Positions 18,726 through 27,274 of a DNA stretch of 64,000 nucleotides are shown piece after piece. The number at the start of each line of letters is the position of its first letter. Position 1 is the first letter of the stretch. The DNA is taken from NCBI GenBank assembly GCA_041690295.1, contig JAWLHR010000006.1:1-64000 (forward strand), read 5' to 3'. Both the position numbers and the translations under genes were made by a program. Source of the stretch: Bdellovibrionales bacterium. Lineage in GTDB: Bacteria > Bdellovibrionota > Bdellovibrionia > Bdellovibrionales > UBA1609. The notes under the pieces were generated by a model. It was not told the origin of the DNA. It saw only the letters and a list, made by a program, of their open reading frames with translations, and did no database searches.

Positions 18726-19006
18726 TGCTCCTTGGACTGCTCGTTCTTCACGTAAACGAACTTCATTTGCAGATCGCTCATGATGTTGTCGAGAAACTGC
18801 TGCTCATCCGGCGTCAGATTGTTTTTGGTTTTTTCTTTCAACATGCTCAACATGTCGATATTGAAGCGGGCCAGATCCAGATCTTTTTCTATTTTGCCGG
18901 TTTGCGGGTTTTTTTCCAACCCCAAAGCCAGAACCGCGCTTGATGCCAACGAGAGAACAAGTGTGGAAAATGAAACGGGCAGAGATTTTGGAGCGGTCAC
19001 GGTCAC
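18722..19006 (-). CDS. DUF1844 family protein
   Basis: FSTLVLSL..ALG...DLDLARFNIDMLSML.EKTKNNLT.DE pattern. Confidence 0.8.
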   Translation of the reverse strand: MTVTAPKSLPVSFSTLVLSLASSAVLALGLEKNPQTGKIEKDLDLARFNIDMLSMLKEKTKNNLTPDEQQFLDNIMSDLQMKFVYVKNEQSKEQ

Positions 19007-19028
19007 CTCACTTTTTTAAGGCGATATA

Positions 19029-19865
19029 CTATAGCGGATATCGGCCGACCAGACGTTTTACGCGGCTTTTCAAAGCCGGTTGCGGACGCAAAATCCGAAA
19101 GGCGCGCTTGGCGGCCAGCGGACTCACCATGCACATGTGGGAGAAAACCCAAGGATCGCGCCACGGTTTGGTTTGTGCATAGGCTTCCATTTTCCAAAGG
19201 GCGCGGGCCAGAACTTCGGGACTTGTCACCTTTTCGGCCGTGGCCTTATCCAATCGGCGATAATCCCATGGGCTGATCAGCAGACCTTGAAAAATCCAAA
19301 TGAACGGGGTCACGAACACGCTCTTGATCGGTGGTGTGTAGCCAAAGATAAAAGCGATCAGCCGCTCAAGGAGCTGGCCGACCCGCAAAAAGATATCGAT
19401 GGCGGCGCCCAGCCAGTAATTCAAAAACGCGATCGAGGATTGGATGGCCACCATTTGATAGGTCAACACGGCGATCAGTTCGTCGTGAGTGAGAAGTTTG
19501 AGCAAGCCCTCGGTGACATACAGGCGGGGTTTGCGCCGGCTTTTGGCGTAGGCGAAAATATGCGCGGACGGGTGCTGGAGAAGATAAACTTCCGGCGTGC
19601 GAACGTCGAACTTGGCGCTCAGCTCATTAACGATTTTTAACAATCGCCACGGATCCTGGCCGAGAAGTTTCTGGCTTTCCAGATGCGAGAACGTGAGCAC
19701 CTGATCATAAGCCAAAAATAAGAAATTAATGCTAAGCGCAATCGGCGTCACCCAAAGCCATTGGGACCTTTCCAACCAAAACCACGCGGCGAAAATCCAG
19801 CTGGCGTTGATCAAGAGCAGGAAGAGGAACACGCGAAGCATCGGATTCAAAAAGGATTTCAGCAT
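19029..19865 (-). CDS. HtpX/M48-like membrane protein lacking the HExxH zinc motif
   Basis: PEVYL..P..FA....LYVTEGLLKLLTHDELIAVL matches M48, but TYQMV stands where AHELGH is expected. Confidence 0.7.
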   Translation of the reverse strand: MLKSFLNPMLRVFLFLLLINASWIFAAWFWLERSQWLWVTPIALSINFLFLAYDQVLTFSHLESQKLLGQDPWRLLKIVNELSAKFDVRTPEVYLLQHPSAHIFAYAKSRRKPRLYVTEGLLKLLTHDELIAVLTYQMVAIQSSIAFLNYWLGAAIDIFLRVGQLLERLIAFIFGYTPPIKSVFVTPFIWIFQGLLISPWDYRRLDKATAEKVTSPEVLARALWKMEAYAQTKPWRDPWVFSHMCMVSPLAAKRAFRILRPQPALKSRVKRLVGRYPL

Positions 19866-19935
19866 TCTGACCTCGCCATAAGCGTTGCTTTCGGATTAAA
19901 CTGAAGCGTTGATAAAGAGAATAAGGAGTTCGCCC

Positions 19936-20925
19936 GTGGATTTCAACCTGATGGCCCTCAATGAATCAATAAAAAAAGAAAGCCAATTCGTTGACCGAAT
20001 GATGAAGGAGGTCGCGAAAGTCGTCGTCGGGCAAAAAGAAATGCTCGAAGGCATCATGATGGGTTTGCTCACGGGCGGCCACGTGCTTTTGGAAGGTGTG
20101 CCGGGTCTTGCGAAAACCCTGACGATTTCCTCGGTCGCCAAGGCCATCTCTCTCGGTTTCCAACGCATTCAGTTCACACCTGACCTGCTCCCGACCGATT
20201 TGATCGGAACCATGATTTTCAATCCGAAATCCGGCGAGTTCGCGCCCAAGCGCGGACCGATTTTCACCAATATCGTGCTGGCCGACGAGATCAATCGCGC
20301 CCCCGCGAAAGTGCAAAGTGCGTTGCTCGAAGCCATGGCGGAAAAACAGGTCACCATCGGTGACACCAGTTACCCGCTTGAAAAACCCTTCCTGGTCCTC
20401 GCCACGCAAAACCCGCTGGAGCAAGAGGGAACTTATCCGCTGCCCGAAGCGCAAATGGACCGATTCATGTTCAAGATCAATGTGGAATATCCTAAGCGCA
20501 ATGAGGAACTTGAAATCCTCAACCGCATGGCCACGGACAAGCAACCGCAAATCGAAACGGTGATTTCCAAGGAGGATTTGATTCGCGCCCGCGATATCGC
20601 CGACATGATCTACGTCGACGAGAAGATCAAAAATTACATCGTCGAGCTGGTGATGAGCACGCGCGAACCGAAGGAGCATGGGCTTTCTCAATTGATCCCA
20701 TTGATTCAAGTCGGCGTGAGTCCGCGGGCCACGATCTCGCTTACTCGGGCGGGCAAGGCGCACGCCTTTATTCGCGGGCGGGGCTACGTGACCGCCGACG
20801 ACATCAAGGCGGTCGCCTACCATGTATTACGCCACCGCTTGATCCTCACCTACGAGGCGGAAGCTGAAAACATGACGACGGATTCGGTGATCAAGGAAAT
20901 CCTAAGCCATATCGAGGTGCCGTAA
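19936..20925 (+). CDS. moxR: MoxR family AAA+ ATPase
   Basis: HVLLEGVPGLAKT, RIQFTPDLLP.D, LADEINRAPAKVQSALLEAM, ATQNPLEQEGTYPLPEAQMDRF; GTG start after AAGGAG. Confidence 0.95.
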   Translation: MDFNLMALNESIKKESQFVDRMMKEVAKVVVGQKEMLEGIMMGLLTGGHVLLEGVPGLAKTLTISSVAKAISLGFQRIQFTPDLLPTDLIGTMIFNPKSGEFAPKRGPIFTNIVLADEINRAPAKVQSALLEAMAEKQVTIGDTSYPLEKPFLVLATQNPLEQEGTYPLPEAQMDRFMFKINVEYPKRNEELEILNRMATDKQPQIETVISKEDLIRARDIADMIYVDEKIKNYIVELVMSTREPKEHGLSQLIPLIQVGVSPRATISLTRAGKAHAFIRGRGYVTADDIKAVAYHVLRHRLILTYEAEAENMTTDSVIKEILSHIEVP

Positions 20926-20927
20926 CC

Positions 20928-21803
20928 TTGTCGCTTCCCGCGGAACTCGTCAAAAAAGTTAAGCTGCTGGAGCTCGTGACCCGCAAGAAGGTGAATAACC
21001 TTTTCATCGGCGAGTATCACTCGGCCTTCAAAGGTCAGGGGATGACCTTCAGCGAATTCCGTGAGTACGTTCCCGGCGACGACGTGCGCACGATCGCCTG
21101 GCCGCTCATGGCCCGCACCGGAAAGGTGTACATCAAAAAACATGACGAAGAACGCGAGATGACCGTGATTCTCGCCGTCGATGTGAGCGGTTCCCAGGAT
21201 TTCGGCAGCAAGAGCTATTTCAAAGGTGAGGTGGCCACGCATCTGGCGGCGCTACTAAGTTTCGCGGCGGTGGGCAACAAGGACGCCGTGGGACTTTTAC
21301 TTTTTTCGGATCAGGTGGAGCTTTATGTTCCGCCCAAGAAGGGGCGGGGACAGGTGCTTCGCATTTTGCGCGACCTTTATTACCACAAACCGCGCTCGCG
21401 TCGCACACGCCTGGCGACGGCGCTCGAACACTTGCAATCGGCGATCAAAAAGAAAGCTCATGTTTTCGTGATCAGTGATTTCATGGACCAGAATTTCGAG
21501 GCCCCGCTCAGAAGGCTGGGTAAGAAGCACGATACCGTGGCGATTTTGATCGAGGATCAACTGGAATTGGAAATCCCCAAACTGGGTTTGGTGGATTTCG
21601 AAGATCCGGAAACCGGAGAGATTGTGACGGTGGATACGTCTTCCTCCACTTTCCGGAATCAGTACAAAAAATATCTCGCGAACCTGGATGCCGAGCGCCG
21701 GTCCGAGTTGAGGCGCGCGCAGGTGGACTTAATCACCGTGCGGACGGATGGCGATTTGGTTTTACCGCTGCTTGAGTTTTTTAAGCGTCGGAGTCAGAGA
21801 TGA
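20928..21803 (+). CDS. DUF58 (VWA-like) protein
   Basis: KGQGMTFSEFREYVPGDDVR.I.W, VDVSGS, ISDF motifs. Confidence 0.92.
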   Translation: MSLPAELVKKVKLLELVTRKKVNNLFIGEYHSAFKGQGMTFSEFREYVPGDDVRTIAWPLMARTGKVYIKKHDEEREMTVILAVDVSGSQDFGSKSYFKGEVATHLAALLSFAAVGNKDAVGLLLFSDQVELYVPPKKGRGQVLRILRDLYYHKPRSRRTRLATALEHLQSAIKKKAHVFVISDFMDQNFEAPLRRLGKKHDTVAILIEDQLELEIPKLGLVDFEDPETGEIVTVDTSSSTFRNQYKKYLANLDAERRSELRRAQVDLITVRTDGDLVLPLLEFFKRRSQR

Positions 21804-22681
21804 GCGCGCTTCCAATTTGGAATTGTGAATTCAAGGCTCAAGAAGGCGCGGCGCCGCTCGACAATCTGACCGTGGGGAGCTTGTTTCGTCTTCACTGTCA
21901 GGGAGAAATCGAAGTCGAGTGGAAGGAAGGCCCGTTCGCCGTCGTCTTCCCCGATAAAAACGCCAACTACTCGTTGGTTGTATTGAAGGCGGATAAAACC
22001 AACGCCAAAGAGGCGGAATTTGTCGTCACGGGATACAAGGCCGGCTCCCACGTGCCCGAGTACGTCCGCATCATTCAAGGTGAAGCCGGTTTTGAAATGC
22101 TTAAGCCAAAATGGGAAATCAAATCGGTTTTAAAACCCAATCAGATGAACGAGCCTTATCCGCCCTTCGGGCCTTGGAGTCTGGCCATGCCGATCTGGGT
22201 TTTATTTGTCCTTGGGCTCGCCGCGGCTCTGGTTTTTTACTTTGGTTTTCGTGTGTTCCGCCGAAGCCGTCAGCGGGCGAAAATGCTCGCCGAGCTGACG
22301 CGACATCAGACGGCGCTTTCCCCCTTGCATCAGTTCTACCGGGACGCGCGGCAATTGCGCCGTAGGCTCCATAACGTCAAACAAGCGGAAGAGCTCAGCG
22401 CTTTATCGAAAGATCTGGATCGCGAGTTTCGGCTTTATGTTTTGCGGCAGTTTCAGATCCCCACGTTGGATTGGACCGATGGAGAGATCGTGCGTGATTT
22501 TAAACGCCGGCATCGAAAGGTTTACGAAAAGGCCGGCGATCCGCTCCGTAAGACCCTGCGTGAACTCACGCGGTTGGTGAATCAGAAGGAAATTCTTTTT
22601 AAAGACGTGGAGCAGATTCAGCGCATGAGCTTGGAAACGGTGGAGACCATTGACAGCGCGATGACAGGAGCCAAGCGATGA
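21800..22681 (+). CDS. Single-TM membrane protein of the bat operon
   Basis: Operon position between DUF58 and batA; central TM; coupled stop/start codons. Confidence 0.7.
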   Translation: MSALPIWNCEFKAQEGAAPLDNLTVGSLFRLHCQGEIEVEWKEGPFAVVFPDKNANYSLVVLKADKTNAKEAEFVVTGYKAGSHVPEYVRIIQGEAGFEMLKPKWEIKSVLKPNQMNEPYPPFGPWSLAMPIWVLFVLGLAAALVFYFGFRVFRRSRQRAKMLAELTRHQTALSPLHQFYRDARQLRRRLHNVKQAEELSALSKDLDREFRLYVLRQFQIPTLDWTDGEIVRDFKRRHRKVYEKAGDPLRKTLRELTRLVNQKEILFKDVEQIQRMSLETVETIDSAMTGAKR

Positions 22682-23685
22682 TTGTGTGGGCGTCGAAATG
22701 GGCTTTTTTGTTCTTGCTTCCGTTGATCGCCATCGCGGTTTGGTCGTGGTTCGCGCGTCGGCGCCGCACGCCGACCCTTCAGTTTTCAAATCTTAGCGGG
22801 TTCATGAAAGTCCATCGCGGGTACCGCTCCCATCTGGCGTGGTTGCCTCTTGCGGTGAAAGTGGGCGCGTTGGCGCTGGCCATCGTGGCGCTGGCGAGAC
22901 CGCAAAAAGCCGACACCAAAATCAAACGCAATGTCGAGGGCATCGACATCATCATCGTGTTCGACATTTCAGACTCGATGCTGATCGAGGACATGAAACC
23001 TCACAACCGCCTTGAAGCCGCCAAGCAAACCGTCATTGATTTCATCAAAGGGCGCGTTTCCGATCGCATTGGCCTCGTGGTGTTCGCGGGCGAAAGCTAC
23101 ACCCGGGTGCCGATGACGCTCGATTATCCGCTGCTCCTACAAAGTGTTTCCGAGATCAAAACCGCGCAAAATATCAAAATGGGGACGGCGATCGGCGTGG
23201 CCTTGGCCAATGGTGTGGCGCGGATCAAGGATTCCACGGCGAAAAGCCGGGTCATCATCTTGATGACGGATGGGGAGAACAACTCCGGTACGATCGATCC
23301 GGAGACCGCTTTGGAAATCGCCAAAGGTTTTGGGATCAAGATTTACTCCATCGGGATGGGACGTGATGGCGACGCTCAATTGCCCGTGATGGTCGAAGAC
23401 GTGTTCGGGCGCAAGGTGAAACGTTATCGCCCCATACACTCGGCGATCAATGAAGAGCTGCTTTCAAAGATGGCCCGGGAAACCGGCGGTAAGTTTTGGC
23501 GCGCCACTACGGGGAATGCGTTGCAAGAGGTGTTTCGCGAAATCAACCGCTTGGAAAAAACCGATATCGAAACGTCGCAGTACACCCGCTATGCGGAAAT
23601 GTTCCCGCCTTATTTGCAATGGGCTGTGATCCTTTATCTGGCGGCGGCGTTCTTGTCGGCCACCGTCTTAAGGAGGGGACCTTAA
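22678..23685 (+). CDS. batA: VWA-domain protein BatA
   Basis: ALARPQ, MIDAS DISDSM, GTAIG.AL, TDGENN. Confidence 0.88.
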   Translation: MIVWASKWAFLFLLPLIAIAVWSWFARRRRTPTLQFSNLSGFMKVHRGYRSHLAWLPLAVKVGALALAIVALARPQKADTKIKRNVEGIDIIIVFDISDSMLIEDMKPHNRLEAAKQTVIDFIKGRVSDRIGLVVFAGESYTRVPMTLDYPLLLQSVSEIKTAQNIKMGTAIGVALANGVARIKDSTAKSRVIILMTDGENNSGTIDPETALEIAKGFGIKIYSIGMGRDGDAQLPVMVEDVFGRKVKRYRPIHSAINEELLSKMARETGGKFWRATTGNALQEVFREINRLEKTDIETSQYTRYAEMFPPYLQWAVILYLAAAFLSATVLRRGP

Positions 23686-23686
23686 G

Positions 23687-24760
23687 ATGTTTGAATTTCG
23701 CTTCGCCAACCCCGCGGCGTTAAATCTTCTGGTTCTCGTGCCTTTATTGCTGATTTTGTTGTGGGCCATGAGCAAGCGAACGCAGGCCGTCTTGCAAAGC
23801 GCTTTCGCCAGCAAAGTGACCAATTATTTGATTCGCTCGCTCTCCCTGAGCCGCCGGCGCTTGAAAACGACGTTGCAGGTTCTCGCGCTTTTCTTTTTTG
23901 TCATGGCGTTGGCGCGTCCGCAATCGGGCGAGGGGCGGCAAAAAGCCAAAAGCGAAGGACTTGAGATCGTTCTCGCCGTGGACGTGTCAAACAGTATGCT
24001 CGCCGAAGACGTTCGGCCTTCCCGATTGGAACTCGCACAAAAAGAACTCTCCCGCTTTATCGACAGTTTGGGTAACGATAAAATCGGATTAGTGGCTTTT
24101 GCCGGTTCGGCGGTTTTACTTTCGCCGCTCACCACCGATAAATCAGCGCTGAAAATGTTCATTGAATCACTGTCGCCGGAAGCGGTTTCGACGCAAGGAA
24201 CGGATTTCAAAAAAGCCATCAGCGAGGCTTATCAGGCGCTTCACCGGGGCGGCCTGGGCGAGGACAGCGAGGACCCCAATGTGGCCCGTGTGATCGTGAT
24301 CGCGTCGGATGGTGAGGAAAACGAAAAAGGCGGGCTGGATGCCGCGCAAAAAGTGGCGAACGAAGGGATCCGGATTTTCACTTTAGGATTCGGAACTGAA
24401 GCCGGTGGACAAATTCCGGTTCGCGATAAACACGGTCAGCTGGTGGGATACAAGAAAGACCGCAATGGACAAGTGGTTATCACGAAATCGACGGGTCAGG
24501 CTTTGCGTGAATTGGCTGACGCCGGCAAAGGATCGTATCAGCATGTCACGTTCGGCAGCGATGCCGTTTTAAATTTGAAAGCGGAAATCGATCGTCTGCA
24601 ACGGGCACAACTGGATACGATGGAGTTCACGCATTATAACGAACATTATCAGAGTTTTTTGCTGCTGGGTTTGTTGCTGGCGATGATCGAGTTGGCGCTG
24701 GGTGAAAGAAAAGGCGAAGGCCGCCTATGGCGCGGCCGCTTCGAGGTGCCCCTTGATTAG
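23687..24760 (+). CDS. batB: VWA-domain protein BatB
   Basis: ALARPQ, DVSNSMLAEDVRPSRL, PLTTD, SDGE. Confidence 0.85.
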   Translation: MFEFRFANPAALNLLVLVPLLLILLWAMSKRTQAVLQSAFASKVTNYLIRSLSLSRRRLKTTLQVLALFFFVMALARPQSGEGRQKAKSEGLEIVLAVDVSNSMLAEDVRPSRLELAQKELSRFIDSLGNDKIGLVAFAGSAVLLSPLTTDKSALKMFIESLSPEAVSTQGTDFKKAISEAYQALHRGGLGEDSEDPNVARVIVIASDGEENEKGGLDAAQKVANEGIRIFTLGFGTEAGGQIPVRDKHGQLVGYKKDRNGQVVITKSTGQALRELADAGKGSYQHVTFGSDAVLNLKAEIDRLQRAQLDTMEFTHYNEHYQSFLLLGLLLAMIELALGERKGEGRLWRGRFEVPLD

Positions 24761-25424
24761 AGTTTCGGCCTTAATTTTGATCTCGATGTTCTCCGCTGTC
24801 GCGCAGGCGACCAGTGTGCAATCGTACATGCGAAACCGCGAAGGTCTTTCGGAGTTCGAAAAGGAATCCTATTTTTCCGCCTATAAGGCCTTCGTGAAAG
24901 CCATCGAAGAAGATCCGATGAATCCTGAACTGCAACTGAATCTGGCGCGGACCTTTGAAGCCAACGAACAGTATGAACAGGCCGAGCAATCCTACCGGGC
25001 GGCGCTCAGCCTTTTGCCGAAAGATTCCAAACTCAGATTCGAAGCCTTGTTCAATTGGGCGGGGGTTTTGGCCAAGCTCAGTCGCATCGATGAGGCGCTG
25101 GCGGCCTATCAACAAGCTTTGGAAATGGATCCGGATTCCATTGAAGTTAAAACGAACATTGAACTTTTGTGGCAAGGCGGTGGTGGCGGCGGCGACGGGG
25201 AGTCGAAAAATCAGCAGGAACAAGGCGAGCAGGAAAAAGGGCAGGGGCAATCGCAACAGCCGCAACAGGAAAAAAAGCAGAAGAAGCCCAAGTTCGAAAG
25301 CCAGGAGTTAAGTCCGCAAAACGTGAAACGTATTTTGGATGAGATCAAGAACCAGGAGCAAAATATACGCGCTCAGGAATACGATAAAGGCGCCAAAGAT
25401 TCACCCAAGGCAAAGGATTGGTAA
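24753..25424 (+). CDS. batC: TPR protein, BatC-like
   Basis: Signal peptide, TPR repeats, Q/E-rich linker, KDW C-terminus; probable TTG start after GAGGT. Confidence 0.75.
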   Translation: MIRVSALILISMFSAVAQATSVQSYMRNREGLSEFEKESYFSAYKAFVKAIEEDPMNPELQLNLARTFEANEQYEQAEQSYRAALSLLPKDSKLRFEALFNWAGVLAKLSRIDEALAAYQQALEMDPDSIEVKTNIELLWQGGGGGGDGESKNQQEQGEQEKGQGQSQQPQQEKKQKKPKFESQELSPQNVKRILDEIKNQEQNIRAQEYDKGAKDSPKAKDW

Positions 25425-27274
25425 TGAAGAGTTGGCTTTTCGCGATATTGTTTTTCGCTCTCACAGTGAACGCGGCCGAGGATGTGCAAGTCACGGCCAC
25501 CGTGGATAGGAATCAGGTTGGGTTGGGCGATGTCATCAATCTCACCATCGCGGTTTCGGCCAAACAAACCATTCAAATCGATCAGCCACGGCTCGGGCAA
25601 TTGGATGGATTTGACCTGATCAACACCTCGACGGGAATTGAAACCAGAAGCTCGTTCGTCAACGGTCAATTCATCACCGAACAATCACGCAACTTCAATT
25701 ACATGTTGAAGACAAACCGCCAGGGCCAGCTCACGATTCCATCGGTCTCCGTCGTCGTTGATGGAACAGTCTTCAAGACCGATCCGATCACCGTTTCCGT
25801 GAGTGGCGAGCGCAAAGCGCCTCCGCAAGCTCGAAGGGCCGTGCCGGATCCGTTTCAAGAGCTGGACGACATGGAAGAGCTGTTCAATCAAATGATCCAG
25901 CGGCGGTTAAGGCCGCATGTTCCACCCGACTCCGGCGTCGCGGTGAATCCGAACGAGGCGTTTTTTATTTCGGCGGTGGCTGACAAAACCAAGGCCTATG
26001 TGGGTGAACAAATCGTCGTCTCTTTTTATCTTTACACCCGAGGGCAGATTCGTGACATCGACACGCTAAAGTATCCGGACCTGAAAGGTTTTTGGAAAGA
26101 AGACCTGGAGATGGCCACGCGGCTCAATTTCGAGCAAGTGGTGGTGAACGGTCTGGCCTGGCAGCGCGCCCTTCTGGTGAAGTATGCGTTGTTCCCCATT
26201 AAACCAGGTAAAGCCACGATCGATTCCTATAAGGCCAAATGTACCGTGTTAACGCCAAGCTCATTCGGCTTCGGCCGACCTTACCAGTTCACCAAAGCCA
26301 GTAAGCCGATTCAGATCGAGGTTTTGGATGTGCCGAATGATTCGCGACCGGCCAACTTCACCGGCGCGGTGGGGCAGTTTCGTTTGAAAGCGCAGTTTGA
26401 ACCACCGACCGGCGCCACCAACCAACCCGTGACCTTGCGAATTCGGGTGGATGGATTGGGCAACGCCAAGTTGATTGAACTGCCAAAGCTCGATTTGCCC
26501 CCGAGCTTTGAACTTTACGATCAAAAATCAAATGCGAAGTTTTTACGGGACAGCACGAGCTTCAAGGAATTCGAAGTGCTGATCATTCCGCGTGAGCCTG
26601 GCGTGTTCGATGTACCGCCCGTTTCCATCGCCACATTCGATCCCGAAACGAAAAAATTCGCGGACGTATCCTCGCAACCCTTGAAACTCACGGTCACAGG
26701 GACGGCCTCGGCCGCGCCACTGGCGCAGAACCCGCCTTCGGGTCACGGTCAATCGGCATCGTCCGCTTCCGGGCCGGAGTTACCGGCACTGTCACTGGAA
26801 ATGGGAGATTCAATCATGGCGCGTACGGGGCAACCTCTTGTGACGGTCGTGCTTTATATCGCTGTTTTTGGTTTTCTCGCCCAACAGAGTTTCACGCGTT
26901 TACGCCGTAAACCCAAGAAAGCCAACTTGGGAATGATCCTCGGTCAACGGATCCGGCGCGTGCGGGATTTCGCCAAACAGAAAGAGTGGCGTCGCATGGG
27001 CGTGGAAATGACCAATGCGGTGTCGTTCATTCTTGGCCAAATCAGCGGGCTGGGCGGGGCGAATCAGGATCTGGAGAAATTGCTTGAAGCCGCGCCCCCC
27101 AGCGTGCGCAACGAACTGGCGAGTGACCTAAAAGACGTCCTTGCGCAGTGCGAGGCCTTGAGCTTCGCGCCTGAAAATTTGATTGGCGAACTCACAAAAC
27201 CTGAAAATGTGACAAGGTTGATTGATAAATTCGAGAAACTCCTGTTTAGAGCCATAGAATTATCGGAGATTTAA
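25424..27274 (+). CDS. batD: BatD family protein
   Basis: Signal peptide, VTATVDRN, YVGEQ, FTGAVGQF motifs and a late TM. Confidence 0.85.
   Translation: MKSWLFAILFFALTVNAAEDVQVTATVDRNQVGLGDVINLTIAVSAKQTIQIDQPRLGQLDGFDLINTSTGIETRSSFVNGQFITEQSRNFNYMLKTNRQGQLTIPSVSVVVDGTVFKTDPITVSVSGERKAPPQARRAVPDPFQELDDMEELFNQMIQRRLRPHVPPDSGVAVNPNEAFFISAVADKTKAYVGEQIVVSFYLYTRGQIRDIDTLKYPDLKGFWKEDLEMATRLNFEQVVVNGLAWQRALLVKYALFPIKPGKATIDSYKAKCTVLTPSSFGFGRPYQFTKASKPIQIEVLDVPNDSRPANFTGAVGQFRLKAQFEPPTGATNQPVTLRIRVDGLGNAKLIELPKLDLPPSFELYDQKSNAKFLRDSTSFKEFEVLIIPREPGVFDVPPVSIATFDPETKKFADVSSQPLKLTVTGTASAAPLAQNPPSGHGQSASSASGPELPALSLEMGDSIMARTGQPLVTVVLYIAVFGFLAQQSFTRLRRKPKKANLGMILGQRIRRVRDFAKQKEWRRMGVEMTNAVSFILGQISGLGGANQDLEKLLEAAPPSVRNELASDLKDVLAQCEALSFAPENLIGELTKPENVTRLIDKFEKLLFRAIELSEI

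Noticed and set aside
17622..18755. 377-aa plus-strand ORF
   Set aside because: Antisense shadow of degP with no recognisable motifs. The same applies to 19966-20823, 52685-53842 and 60103-61194, opposite moxR, smc and rny.
19936..27274. moxR-DUF58-VWA-TPR operon as a novel system
   Set aside because: Matches the well-known MoxR/Bat operon layout.
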